Shown piece after piece: positions 22,433 to 31,869 of a DNA stretch of 64,000 bases (position 1 is its first letter; each line of letters starts with the position of its first letter). The translations under genes were made by a program, and so were the position numbers. The notes beneath the pieces were generated by a model, which was not told where the DNA came from, did not search any database, and worked only from the letters and a program-made list of their open reading frames with translations. Origin of the DNA: a bacterium (GTDB taxonomy: Bacteria; Zhuqueibacterota; Zhuqueibacteria; Residuimicrobiales; Krinioviventaceae); assembly GCA_963674595.2 (NCBI GenBank), contig CAXXFV010000005.1, positions 1-64,000 on the forward strand, given 5' to 3'.

Positions 22433-23974
22433 ATGTCTGTAGAGAAAGTTTTTAATATAACACTTTTAAAGTTATTTTGTTATACATTGATATTGTTTTT
22501 GGGCCCGGTTTATTTGTATGCCGGGTCTTTTGCTTTTAATGATTGGCGGAATGATTATCTTTTGTTGATTCATAAACGAGGTGATTTTGGTCAAAAATCT
22601 CTTGGTGTATGGCCAATTGGAATGAGAGAAGCTAAATTACTTTCGATTAAGAAAGAAATTTGGCTGAATAATCTACTTTTTGATATTTTTACTAATGACA
22701 ATACAATTGATCAATCAGATTATTCAGAAACAGGTATTTCATTATCATCTGGTTTTCGGGAAAATGTTAAGAGTGTTTCCCCTAATATTTCTATATTTAG
22801 CCAGAGTTGGGTCAGATTGTTACCTAAATTATCTTTTTTTTTAAGGATTCGTGCAACAAGTGATATACATGGAATTCCTTCATTTACAGGGATAGACAGA
22901 GGTTCGCGATTTGGGTTTAAAGCTGCTGAGGCCGATTATTTTGTACTAAATTATGAAGGAAAGTATGGTGGGTTGAGCTTTGGCCGGATGCGTCATGAAT
23001 GGTCTGCTGAACCTGGTGGTTCATTGTTATTGTCATCAACAAGTTCAAGTTATGATGGTGGATCGGGTTATTTAAAGTATGGCCCTTTTAGTTTATATTT
23101 TGTATCTGCTTATTTAGAGTCGTTTAATACTGCGGATAGTTCATATATGACACATCGATATCTTGCAGGTCACTATTTGACCTTTAAGAATAAGGGATTA
23201 TTACTATCGCTTGGTGAAAGCATTATATATGCAGGTAAAAATCGACCATTTGATGTTGTTTATACCATACCTTTTATGACGTATGTTGAGGCAGACTATA
23301 ATAAAAGATTTAATCAGGTTGGTCCTGAAATAGATAATGCCCTAATTCATTTTTCTATGCGATATCAGTTTATAAATAAATGGTCAATATTTGGAGAGTT
23401 TATTGTTGATGAATTACAAATTGATAGCGAAGATAGCAAGAAATATCCCAACGCTATGGGATATCGATGTGGATTTAATATACCATTTGGCTCAATTTTA
23501 AAATATAGTGTGTTAAGTGTTGAATATGCTAGTATTGGTACATGGGTATATCGTTATCATCAGGAATATGGCAATTATGCTTCACGTGGTATCAGTTTAG
23601 GATGGCCAGATGGAAGTGATATTAAAAAAGTGCAAATTTCCTGGCTTGGATTGCCTTTTTCCAAACTATATTTACGTGCTAATTGTTTTTATAGTCGGTC
23701 AGGTGAGGAAAATTTTATTTATAATATTTATAATCCTGAGGTTTTTGAAAAACGGTCTTTTCCCAGTGGTGTTGTTGAAGAACAATTTGGCTTTTTAACG
23801 GTTCTAAGGTATCAGCCACGTCAACATTTACGAATAGAATTTTTTAATGAATGTATTTGGATGAAAAATGAAAATCATATAAGCGGTAGAGAATCAAATA
23901 TTTTTCGTATAGGGATTAAATTTGAAACAGATGTAGGTTATTCTTTTTTCCCTAAAAGCTTTATCAAATATTAA
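22433..23974 (+). CDS. Outer-membrane protein, capsule assembly Wzi-like
   Basis: Signal peptide; LSFGR..W..GSLLLS, GESIIY, DNAL, GEFIVDE, LGWPDG patterns; last gene of the cluster. Confidence 0.6.
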   Translation: MSVEKVFNITLLKLFCYTLILFLGPVYLYAGSFAFNDWRNDYLLLIHKRGDFGQKSLGVWPIGMREAKLLSIKKEIWLNNLLFDIFTNDNTIDQSDYSETGISLSSGFRENVKSVSPNISIFSQSWVRLLPKLSFFLRIRATSDIHGIPSFTGIDRGSRFGFKAAEADYFVLNYEGKYGGLSFGRMRHEWSAEPGGSLLLSSTSSSYDGGSGYLKYGPFSLYFVSAYLESFNTADSSYMTHRYLAGHYLTFKNKGLLLSLGESIIYAGKNRPFDVVYTIPFMTYVEADYNKRFNQVGPEIDNALIHFSMRYQFINKWSIFGEFIVDELQIDSEDSKKYPNAMGYRCGFNIPFGSILKYSVLSVEYASIGTWVYRYHQEYGNYASRGISLGWPDGSDIKKVQISWLGLPFSKLYLRANCFYSRSGEENFIYNIYNPEVFEKRSFPSGVVEEQFGFLTVLRYQPRQHLRIEFFNECIWMKNENHISGRESNIFRIGIKFETDVGYSFFPKSFIKY

Positions 23975-24018
23975 ATAAACGTAATAAAAAAGTTTTGATT
24001 TATATAGATCGTTCTGAA

Positions 24019-24080
24019 TGTCAGGGGCGCTTGAAAATGTACTACTTGTTCGGGTGGTACATTTTAAGTTCCCCCTGGAA
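24019..24080. mobile_element. Fused IS21-like left and right ends (minimal hairpin relic)
   Basis: tgtcaggggcgcttgaaaatgtactac and gtggtacattttaagttccccctg are imperfect inverted repeats resembling the element end at 34881. Confidence 0.5.
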
Positions 24081-24137
24081 TCTTCCTCCAATTATCCGAA
24101 GGCAGTTTAGTAACAATGAACATTTTTTTCAACCTGA

Positions 24138-24191
24138 TAATGGCCGCTTTTAAAGTGCACTAAAGTGGCCGTTTTTGTGTACCCGATGACA
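24138..24191. mobile_element. IS21-like terminal fragment
   Basis: Tandem tggccg boxes ending in ...gtacccgatgaca (TGACA terminus). Confidence 0.45.
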
Positions 24192-24462
24192 TCAATGCCT
24201 GATGTTTTATAGATTAATATTCTGAAAGTTAATCGTTTTCGAGGCTATAATATCTTATTAAAGTGGCCTAACGATCAGTTTATGCGATACATCCAACAGT
24301 AGCACTCAGATTGATACGCTTTAAAACATTCTTAACTGCGCAGACCAATCCATCTAAAGAAACGTACAATAGACGACCTAAGTCGTTAGAAAATTTATAT
24401 TAAAAAGACAAGAAAGTCCAATCGCGTCAGTATGAAACGTTGGTTGACCACTTCCTTTTAAA

Positions 24463-25881
24463 TCATTGAAAGACACCCTGTATATACCCAAGTACCTCTT
24501 TGGGCTGATTTAAAATTTGATTAAATAATAACTTTGATGAAAAATATGGATATTTTTTTAAAAATTTCCATATTCTTCTGTTTTTCTTAAAAATTTTAAA
24601 ACCAATTTCATCCCTTATTTTCTCCAGATCTTGAGATGATAAACTATAAGTCCTTACATTTGCATGAAACAGGTCATATTTAGAATAATCATCTTTATTG
24701 GTAATTAATTCCTGCAGGAGAAGATCATTACGAATCTCGGTTTTTGGAAATGGTGTTAGAATGAGAAAAAGGGGGATATCTACATTGATATGATTAGCGA
24801 ATTGAAAATTTTCATAAATAATTTCACGTGTATCACCCGGATTCCCGATAATGAATGATCCAATCACAGTAACACCATAACCCTGTAATTCATTAATGAC
24901 ATCTTTGGTTCCAGAAAAGTCAAGAGATTTAGTATCCAAAAAATTAGTGTTTTTATCGAAACTATTTTCTATACCCAGAAAGCATATATCCACTCCAGCC
25001 TCTGCCATTAGTTTAGGTAATCCAGGCGCTCGTGTTAAACCAGGAATACTCGCCTGAACAGCATACTTTATATTATTCAACTTGTTTTTTACAATTTCTT
25101 GACAAATATGCTCAAAACGCACTGAATCTACTGTTATATTATCATCCGCTATTAGAATTGCTCGAGCACCATTGTCATATGAATTTTTAATATCTTGTAT
25201 AACACGTTCAATTTTATATTTTCTGAACGTTGAACCATACATCTGTCTAATACTGCAAAATTTACAGCGATTAACACATCCCCGGGATGTTTCAATAACA
25301 TCCGCAGGTATTCCTAGAATGTGAAATCCCTTATTTAAAATTCGATTCTCTCTATCTGGAAATTTTACATAATCCAAATCAAGGACTTTATCCATAGGAT
25401 TATGGACAGCAATTCCATTGTCTATATATGAGAGAGAAGGGATTTTATGGTATTGCTTCTTCCCCCGAATCTGTTCTATGAGCAGGTTAAATGTGATTTC
25501 ACCTTCATTTCTTAGAATAAAATCAATGTATTGTTTTTGATCACTTGCAAATATATTTTCAAAATCAATTGTAGGATGATAACCGCCTAAAACAATTTTA
25601 ATCTGGCTATTATATTCTTTCACCAATCTGACAAGTTGCATTGTATTATCAAATTGAAAAGTCATACAACTGAATCCAACAACATCTGGTCTATAGAATT
25701 TGAGGATTTTAAGTAAAAATTGATCAACTCTGTTTTTAATTAAAACAAGATCCAGTATTTTTATATCTATATCATCGTTTAATATATTTGAAGCAATAGA
25801 ATTCAAGCCCAGGTTTGGAAGTTTTGTGAGTCTATCAAACCCTAAAATTGTTTTAGGACTACCAATAAGTAAAATGCGCAT
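24463..25881 (-). CDS. B12-binding radical SAM protein (class B methyltransferase-like)
   Basis: PDVVGFS, LGGYHPT, ETSRGCVNRCKFC (CxxxCxxC), DDN, LGIEN, FIIGNPGDT. Confidence 0.9.
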   Translation of the reverse strand: MRILLIGSPKTILGFDRLTKLPNLGLNSIASNILNDDIDIKILDLVLIKNRVDQFLLKILKFYRPDVVGFSCMTFQFDNTMQLVRLVKEYNSQIKIVLGGYHPTIDFENIFASDQKQYIDFILRNEGEITFNLLIEQIRGKKQYHKIPSLSYIDNGIAVHNPMDKVLDLDYVKFPDRENRILNKGFHILGIPADVIETSRGCVNRCKFCSIRQMYGSTFRKYKIERVIQDIKNSYDNGARAILIADDNITVDSVRFEHICQEIVKNKLNNIKYAVQASIPGLTRAPGLPKLMAEAGVDICFLGIENSFDKNTNFLDTKSLDFSGTKDVINELQGYGVTVIGSFIIGNPGDTREIIYENFQFANHINVDIPLFLILTPFPKTEIRNDLLLQELITNKDDYSKYDLFHANVRTYSLSSQDLEKIRDEIGFKIFKKNRRIWKFLKKYPYFSSKLLFNQILNQPKEVLGYIQGVFQ

Positions 25882-25978
25882 AAAAATTGTATGCCTTTTT
25901 TATGGTTAACGGTAAAATTCAGTTGCCTGCAGAATTAATACACAGGACTTCAACAGTGTAATAACGTTATTTTTATTC

Positions 25979-26056
25979 TAAATTTGCTATATTTTAGTGG
26001 ACAAAGTTAATCTCCTTTTATATTATAAACCAAAGGAGGTGTCCACAGGACAAACA
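25979..26056 (+). mobile_element. IS3-family-like left-end fragment (copy 1 of 4)
   Basis: taaatttgctatattttagtggaca...aaaggaggtgtccaca shared with 39403, 42022 and 42366. Confidence 0.55.
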
Positions 26057-26427
26057 CTCGATGGTAAATTTTTAAAATACAAAAACAGTAATTCGCACAT
26101 CGGTTTGTATTTTTTAAGATGATTTAATTTTTTAAAAATAAAAACAAGAGAGGTATTTGTCAGGGATAAACAAACAGTCTTTATTCTACTGAATAATTTT
26201 AGGATGGTAAGAACAGGAATGTGGTTATGGACCGGCACAACAATTTATTCCTCGTATTTGCTTTTAAAACCCATATTATAAAAAGTACTGATTCAGCTAA
26301 AGGACATCAGGAATTCCCGTATTCGACCAAATTGTCCTGAAAACAATCCTTTATATTTGACAGATAATGATACAAATTTTTAATTTTTCCCACAAGTTGT
26401 TTTTAAAAAATTTATATTTTTTTTCTG

Positions 26428-26555
26428 CTTGAAAAGCACACAGGTTTTCTACTATATTATCAAATTATTAAGCCCGTACACCACTCTTTAAAACACCAAA
26501 GCCCCACATATTTGCAGGGCTTGATAAATGATTGAATTCCATTATTATTGGTTTT
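26428..26555 (+). repeat. Dispersed ~125-bp promoter-plus-hairpin motif (copy A of 3)
   Basis: ttgaaa-18nt-tatatt, then aagccc...gggctt hairpin and attgaatt; homologous to 39259 and 40094. Confidence 0.55.
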
Positions 26556-26855
26556 TAGCTCTCTATAATCACCACCTTCTTTTATATAATTTAACATTTA
26601 TATCCATCATCTCACATCAATCCAGACATGGGCAATACTACTTCAGTTTTCTATCACTTCAACAACCTTTAAATCCATCCAACATCTTCAAGAACCTCTT
26701 TTAGAAATATATGATGCAATTTTGGATGAATTCGAGAATTAAACAGTTTATGCTTTATTTGTTTTAGATCCTCGTTTCTATTTCCATTTATTATCCCTGC
26801 TCCCGCCGATCTAATAGTTGATTCTATCAGTCAGGAATACATTATAATCCTTGTA

Positions 26856-27419
26856 CTAGATATTAATACTTAATTGTTCCGAATAAACTTTTATTAATTC
26901 ATTCCAGGGCTGTTTTTGAGATAATAAAGGCCATTTATGACTCGTGGTTGCCAATTGATGCAATGCCTCAAATGTCTTGTTCCCAACATAACGATTAGCA
27001 AATTGAAACACATATCTTCCAATTAAGGCACTATCGATCTCCGGCATATTTCTTAAATTCAACTGAAGAGTCTGTAAAGACATTTGACGCTTCATATAAT
27101 CCTGGTGCCCGGACCGGTTCCATTGTGACGGGCTAATGAGAATATAAGAATCAAATATCTCTTTACAGATCGTCAATTGAGTTTGAGTGACATGGGCATT
27201 CACATCCCATGTCATGTTACTGTTTATGCTCTGCTCATGATCCTCAATCACTGCAAACGCAATATTGTGATGTTGTTTAGTTTTGTATAATCTTTCACTA
27301 TAATCAAGATGTCTAAAATATTTTATTGTTCCGGTGTTTATATATTTACCATACTGGTCCCAGATGGTCAAACCGGTAAAACTACCTGGGGAAATACTCA
27401 CAAATGTCATGTTATTCAT
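26856..27419 (-). CDS. RuvC-like (RNase H fold) paralog, first catalytic Asp replaced by Ser
   Basis: FVSISPGSFTG, AVIED, SPSQWNR, IDSALIG align with the neighbouring gene; start moved to ATG at 27419. Confidence 0.6.
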   Translation of the reverse strand: MNNMTFVSISPGSFTGLTIWDQYGKYINTGTIKYFRHLDYSERLYKTKQHHNIAFAVIEDHEQSINSNMTWDVNAHVTQTQLTICKEIFDSYILISPSQWNRSGHQDYMKRQMSLQTLQLNLRNMPEIDSALIGRYVFQFANRYVGNKTFEALHQLATTSHKWPLLSQKQPWNELIKVYSEQLSINI

Positions 27420-27435
27420 AATCACACCTTTTATT

Positions 27436-28020
27436 TTAATTTTCAAGCCATGGTTTTAATTGATTGACAGTCGGATATGGCAGTTGTTCAAAAGCCATCT
27501 GTTTCATGGCAATAAATCCAGCCCCATTCGTGTCGAAATCAATAATTTCAAAAGTTAGTTTCCCCATAAGAGCTGAATCAGTTTGATGAGAATTGGGCAG
27601 TTGTTCTCCAAATAGATCCCTGGCCCATTGTCGTTTAAATTTATCTTTACATTTATTCCGGTTCCACTGCGTGTGAAAGATTAGGATGTGATCCGGGAAC
27701 ACTTCTTTACATACCTGGATTTGAATTGAGACTTTATATGAGTTTTTTCTTTTCATACCGATAAACGGTTTGTAATCTTCCAGAAGGATAAATTCAAGCT
27801 TGTACTCTTTCTCAATGTGTTCCAGTAACAGTCTGTATTGTTGTGTGTCTTTAAAGGGTAGATTCTTTGAACAAACCTTTGATCCCATACTGTTAAACAC
27901 ACTGATCCCACCGGGATTGCCCGGATCAACCGCACCCCAAAATCTGTTTAAATTCGACATGGTTTCTGTCTTTTGAGATTCCACCAAAGCTGTAATCATA
28001 CTATTCTGTAATCGAATCAT
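27436..28020 (-). CDS. Phage RuvC-like Holliday-junction resolvase
   Basis: WGAVDPGNPGGIS, FILLED, TQWNR, QTDSALMG; sits in a phage replication/recombination module. Confidence 0.7.
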   Translation of the reverse strand: MIRLQNSMITALVESQKTETMSNLNRFWGAVDPGNPGGISVFNSMGSKVCSKNLPFKDTQQYRLLLEHIEKEYKLEFILLEDYKPFIGMKRKNSYKVSIQIQVCKEVFPDHILIFHTQWNRNKCKDKFKRQWARDLFGEQLPNSHQTDSALMGKLTFEIIDFDTNGAGFIAMKQMAFEQLPYPTVNQLKPWLEN

Positions 28021-28034
28021 GTCAAACTCCTTTT

Positions 28035-28574
28035 CTATTTCTCATTGATACTAGATAATTCAATTTTTTTCCATTTTAATTCTCTGGACATCGTATCTGT
28101 CGTAAACTGTTTTTTCTCTTCTACCTTGCGGTTATTTTTATAAGCATCCAAAAAAAGTTTGCGTGTGGCGGCAATGGCAGTGGTGGATCGTATTTCAGGT
28201 CCCCACTGTACAAGAAGAGGATATAAATGCCCTTCACCGTTTTTCTGCATTCGTTTTTCTATCACCATCATCATACAGGAACCAATGGATGGATCATAAA
28301 AATGGTCAAGATACATTTTAATCCGATTCCATGCCACTTGAGCTTGCTGTTGAAGAGGATCCTGTCCCCGTAAATCTGCCGGTGACGGGAAAAAAGCATT
28401 TTTATTTCTAAAATATAAAACAGCATTCTTTTCAATTTCCTTAAAACTCAGGTCCTGTAATATCTTGAAATAAAAATCTATCTTCTCTACGGTCAACGGT
28501 TGTTTATTATTCACAGCAACAGTTTCCATTTGCCACATGAGTTTTGAAAAACATTCTCTATCTTTTTCAGTCAT
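28035..28574 (-). CDS. Phage replication-associated protein (helicase loader/inhibitor-like N-terminus)
   Basis: FYFKILQDLS...FFPSPADLR motif typical of phage genes next to replication initiators. Confidence 0.5.
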   Translation of the reverse strand: MTEKDRECFSKLMWQMETVAVNNKQPLTVEKIDFYFKILQDLSFKEIEKNAVLYFRNKNAFFPSPADLRGQDPLQQQAQVAWNRIKMYLDHFYDPSIGSCMMMVIEKRMQKNGEGHLYPLLVQWGPEIRSTTAIAATRKLFLDAYKNNRKVEEKKQFTTDTMSRELKWKKIELSSINEK

Positions 28575-28738
28575 ATATCAACCTCTATGATAAGACATTA
28601 AGATGTTACCTTTTTATTAATTTCATAATCAATAGATGTTACATCTGTTGATTGATTATTTTTTATCAAATTTCTCAGGCCGTCGTATTTAAACGACGAC
28701 CCGGAGTATTAAAAGAACATGGCAACAAACCAAAATTC

Positions 28739-29149
28739 CTAAAACGGCAGGTCATCTGCCGGTTCATCAGGGAAATTTGTTTGTTGTTCCTGTTCATAGG
28801 TTTGACTGTATTGTAAAATCTGCACCTGTTCTGCTTGTATTTCTGTCATATATTGCTTGTTGCCATCTTTATCATCCCAGGAACGAGTGGCAAGCTTGCC
28901 TTCGATATAAACCAGATCACCTTTTTTAGCATATTGAGAAATCATTTCAGCGGTTTTTCGCCATATAACGACACGATGCCATTCTGTTTTTTGGACAATT
29001 TCTCCGTCCTGGGATTTATAGGATGTATTGGTTGCCATGTTTAACGTCACAACAGCCACCTCGGAATTGGTGTATTTGATTTCCGGGTCTTTACCTAATC
29101 GACCGATTAACATGACTTTGTTTAATGTTGCTTTACTATTGTATGCCAT
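28739..29149 (-). CDS. ssb: Single-stranded DNA-binding protein
   Basis: NKVMLIGRLGKDPE, TEWHRVV, IEGKLATRSW, C-terminal DDLPF. Confidence 0.95.
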   Translation of the reverse strand: MAYNSKATLNKVMLIGRLGKDPEIKYTNSEVAVVTLNMATNTSYKSQDGEIVQKTEWHRVVIWRKTAEMISQYAKKGDLVYIEGKLATRSWDDKDGNKQYMTEIQAEQVQILQYSQTYEQEQQTNFPDEPADDLPF

Positions 29150-29154
29150 TTTTA

Positions 29155-29871
29155 TTACCTCACTCGTATATCATCTTTTGAATAAACTCTAATGCCTTGA
29201 AATTTATCAACAGCATCTTTTTTTAATTTTTGTACTTGAGCGTTAATTTTTGAACGGGACGGTTCGCATAGTTCCGGGTGATGTTGACACACCAGGTCCG
29301 GATCTGTTATGTCATATTTCCAGTAGGTCACAACACTTGAAGTCGCCTGAATGGATTGAACCGATGATTTTGCGACAATCTCCTGACTTGCTACATGTTT
29401 GACAGCTTTATCCAGTGCCTGCTTTGTTTCTTCATCACCCGCAGCTTGTTTGGCTTGTTCAAGTTCTTTGATTTGTTGTGCTTTCTCTGCTTTTAAACGT
29501 TGTTCTTCTTTGTGTTTTTTCCCCTTTTGATATGCCAAAAGTTTTGATCGCAGCATGCCATTCAGCTTTTCAACTTCATTTGTTAAATTTTTAAATGGCT
29601 GCTCTTTTGTTTTTATCTGTTCCTTTAATTCTTTTACCGATTCTTTTTTAGCACTATCAAGGTACTTTATAAATTTTGATATTTTTCCGGTATAATCGGT
29701 CACCTCAAAAATAGTAGCATCATCAACCGTTATATCGACAACTGTTAACCGAATGTCTGTATATGTTGAGATGATCATTACGTCATCTATTTCTGCCAAC
29801 TCCGGTAACGCTTCTGCTTCAATGACATCAGGTACACCATTCAAAATGCTGTCGAAAAAATCATTTTCCAT
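29155..29871 (-). CDS. Phage coiled-coil hypothetical protein of the recombination module
   Basis: Long helical region, C-terminal WKYDITD...GIRVY; lies between annealase and SSB. Confidence 0.55.
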   Translation of the reverse strand: MENDFFDSILNGVPDVIEAEALPELAEIDDVMIISTYTDIRLTVVDITVDDATIFEVTDYTGKISKFIKYLDSAKKESVKELKEQIKTKEQPFKNLTNEVEKLNGMLRSKLLAYQKGKKHKEEQRLKAEKAQQIKELEQAKQAAGDEETKQALDKAVKHVASQEIVAKSSVQSIQATSSVVTYWKYDITDPDLVCQHHPELCEPSRSKINAQVQKLKKDAVDKFQGIRVYSKDDIRVR

Positions 29872-30745
29872 TATCCGTCTCCTTTTTCTCTTGTTGAACC
29901 TGCTGCATTCTCTCTTTTAACTTTTGCAGGAAAAAGTTTTGTTTTTTCTTGTCTATTTTTTGGGCTGTTGTCACACCCATATCCTCAAGCATTTTTAAAT
30001 AAATGGTGTGCGTTCCTGTCTGTTTAAAAAGCCACTCTTTGGCATTTTTACATTTGTCCTCAAAGGACGGTTCAGTTTTTGATTTTTGATCAAGTTGATT
30101 GTTATTAACAGAATCACCGTGCGTGTTATTGTTTGAAATCTCATAGGGCCAGCCATATTGAGGATAGTCTTTGCGCCGCCACAACAAAACTTTATTATTA
30201 TCTCTTTTATCTGTATACCATTCACTAATAGCAAAGTCTTGTTTCCATTCCATGATAAAATTGGGAGACCACAGTTCTGTAGCAATTCCCAAATCTTTAC
30301 AACATCGGGTCAGACAATCTGTTTTGGCTCCTTCAACAGCACTGGCATAGGTCATGGACTTGTTGTTCGGATGGTATTTCTGTTCTCCGACAGCTTCAGA
30401 TATAAACTGTCCAAGAACAAATAAAACCCCGTGATAACAGACCAGATTGATGTTTTTGTCATAAAAAATATTTCGACTATACAAGGCCCATCCACCAGCA
30501 TGAAAAGCTTCAATTAATCTTTTACGATAAAAAACACCCGGTAAATAAATAATGCCATCGGGCCGGATGGCAACATCGTTTTTATCTATTTCAGCAGACA
30601 ACTTTCGTTGAACCTGATCTGTAACAGGATTCTCAGCAATGTTATTATACAGATCGATTTCACAATTTTCCTGAACTGTCACTTCTTTATTTTGGTCTGA
30701 CTTTATTGCCAAAGCAACTTGAGATTGATTTCCATTTCCATTCAT
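29861..30745 (-). CDS. Rad52-superfamily single-strand annealing protein, Mgm101-like
   Basis: IRPDGIIYLP..YRKRLIEAF..GGWAL and EGAKTDCLTRCCKDLGIATELW match the Mgm101 core as recalled. Confidence 0.8.
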   Translation of the reverse strand: MNGNGNQSQVALAIKSDQNKEVTVQENCEIDLYNNIAENPVTDQVQRKLSAEIDKNDVAIRPDGIIYLPGVFYRKRLIEAFHAGGWALYSRNIFYDKNINLVCYHGVLFVLGQFISEAVGEQKYHPNNKSMTYASAVEGAKTDCLTRCCKDLGIATELWSPNFIMEWKQDFAISEWYTDKRDNNKVLLWRRKDYPQYGWPYEISNNNTHGDSVNNNQLDQKSKTEPSFEDKCKNAKEWLFKQTGTHTIYLKMLEDMGVTTAQKIDKKKQNFFLQKLKERMQQVQQEKKETDNGK

Positions 30746-30753
30746 GATTCACC

Positions 30754-31020
30754 TCAAAAATTTAATTTATCCTGATCTGTAAATCCTATTTGCATATTCT
30801 CAATGATTTGATTCATAAGGATTTCTTTGACATCCATATTGGAATAGGCTATTTTGACAGCACCTTGTAATGCCACCATTCCAATAGAATTGTTCCCACC
30901 AAGTATGATTTGTGCAAGAGACACAATATCATGATCAATGGTAATGTCGATGTTTAAATTCTCTATCAGCATTTTTGCTGCTGAGACTTGTCTCTCTTTT
31001 GAAGGATATTTTTTTCCCAT
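30754..31020 (-). CDS. Phage hypothetical protein
   Basis: 88-aa ORF with GGAG RBS, co-oriented with the module. Confidence 0.55.
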   Translation of the reverse strand: MGKKYPSKERQVSAAKMLIENLNIDITIDHDIVSLAQIILGGNNSIGMVALQGAVKIAYSNMDVKEILMNQIIENMQIGFTDQDKLNF

Positions 31021-31187
31021 TTCTAATCTCCAGTAATAATTGTTAAAAATATTATGGCCATGTTTTACACGTAGCCTGACATCATGCCGCTACTATGTTG
31101 CACCGATACTTTTTCCGCTTTAGGTTCTCTCCGGTGCTGAACACTAAACAAGAATTTTTATGTAATTTATCATAGCTATATTAAAAT

Positions 31188-31451
31188 TTACATCCATGTC
31201 TCAAAGAGTCCTGATGCCGGGTCATACTCTATATCAAACATCCTCTTACAATAGCTGATGGGACATTTTATAGAGTCTGTTGCTCCGGTTTGAACCTGTT
31301 CTACGATTTCAGAATCCAAATATCCATCCACAACAGTACCACAATGCGGACAAATAATATGAAAAGCTTTTGTGTCGATTTTTTCCTTTTCAGGAACATC
31401 AAAAGGAGCCACAAATAACGGATTCGTGTCCATGTCATCATGATACATCAT
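31188..31451 (-). CDS. Small Zn-ribbon-like phage protein
   Basis: CPHC...CPISYC; start moved to ATG at 31451 after a GGAG RBS. Confidence 0.55.
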   Translation of the reverse strand: MMYHDDMDTNPLFVAPFDVPEKEKIDTKAFHIICPHCGTVVDGYLDSEIVEQVQTGATDSIKCPISYCKRMFDIEYDPASGLFETWM

Positions 31452-31800
31452 CAGTATCTCCGTCTCTTTGACGTTTACTGGTATGATCATACAAGTACAA
31501 ATCTTCACAACCCATGATGTTTCTGGCCATACGAAGCCATCTTAAACGATTAGCTTGTCTGATTAAATTGGATATAATCCGAAAGTCTCCGGCATCTATC
31601 GGTGTCCGGCCCCCTTTACATAAATTGTTTAATCGCCCGATTGTCATTTTCGCTTCCTGAGCAAACCATTCCCTGGTCAGTTGTTTATTCTGTGAGATAC
31701 AATCCTTGATAGCATTATCGATTTCTGATGCAATAAACCGAAACAGTTTCTCTTCTGCTGTTGAGAGTGTATCTTGTTTTTCAAATTGTCTTTCTTTCAT
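31438..31800 (-). CDS. Putative HTH protein (Cro/CII-like)
   Basis: LTREWFAQEAKMTIGRLNNLCKG HTH-like segment; first gene of the leftward operon. Confidence 0.5.
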   Translation of the reverse strand: MKERQFEKQDTLSTAEEKLFRFIASEIDNAIKDCISQNKQLTREWFAQEAKMTIGRLNNLCKGGRTPIDAGDFRIISNLIRQANRLRWLRMARNIMGCEDLYLYDHTSKRQRDGDTDDVS

Positions 31801-31837
31801 TTTCTACTCGCTTTTTTACGTGGTTTTATAATTGATG

Positions 31838-31869
31838 ATTAATTTTTGCACATTCCTGCAAAAATTAAT
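31838..31869. promoter_or_regulatory. Perfect 13-bp inverted repeat upstream of the leftward phage operon (candidate operator or hairpin)
   Basis: attaatttttgca-cattcc-tgcaaaaattaat. Confidence 0.45.

Noticed and set aside
24262-24395. attC-like ends (gcctaacgatcagtttatgc ... gttagaa) beside the radical-SAM gene
   Set aside because: Only one arm is convincing, there is no extended hairpin and no integron integrase in the window.
26856-28020. RNA-guided nuclease (TnpB/IscB/Tas-like) using the array as guides
   Set aside because: The proteins are under 200 aa with no Zn finger, bridge helix or Nop domain visible, sit in a normal phage recombination context and are ~15 kb from the array.
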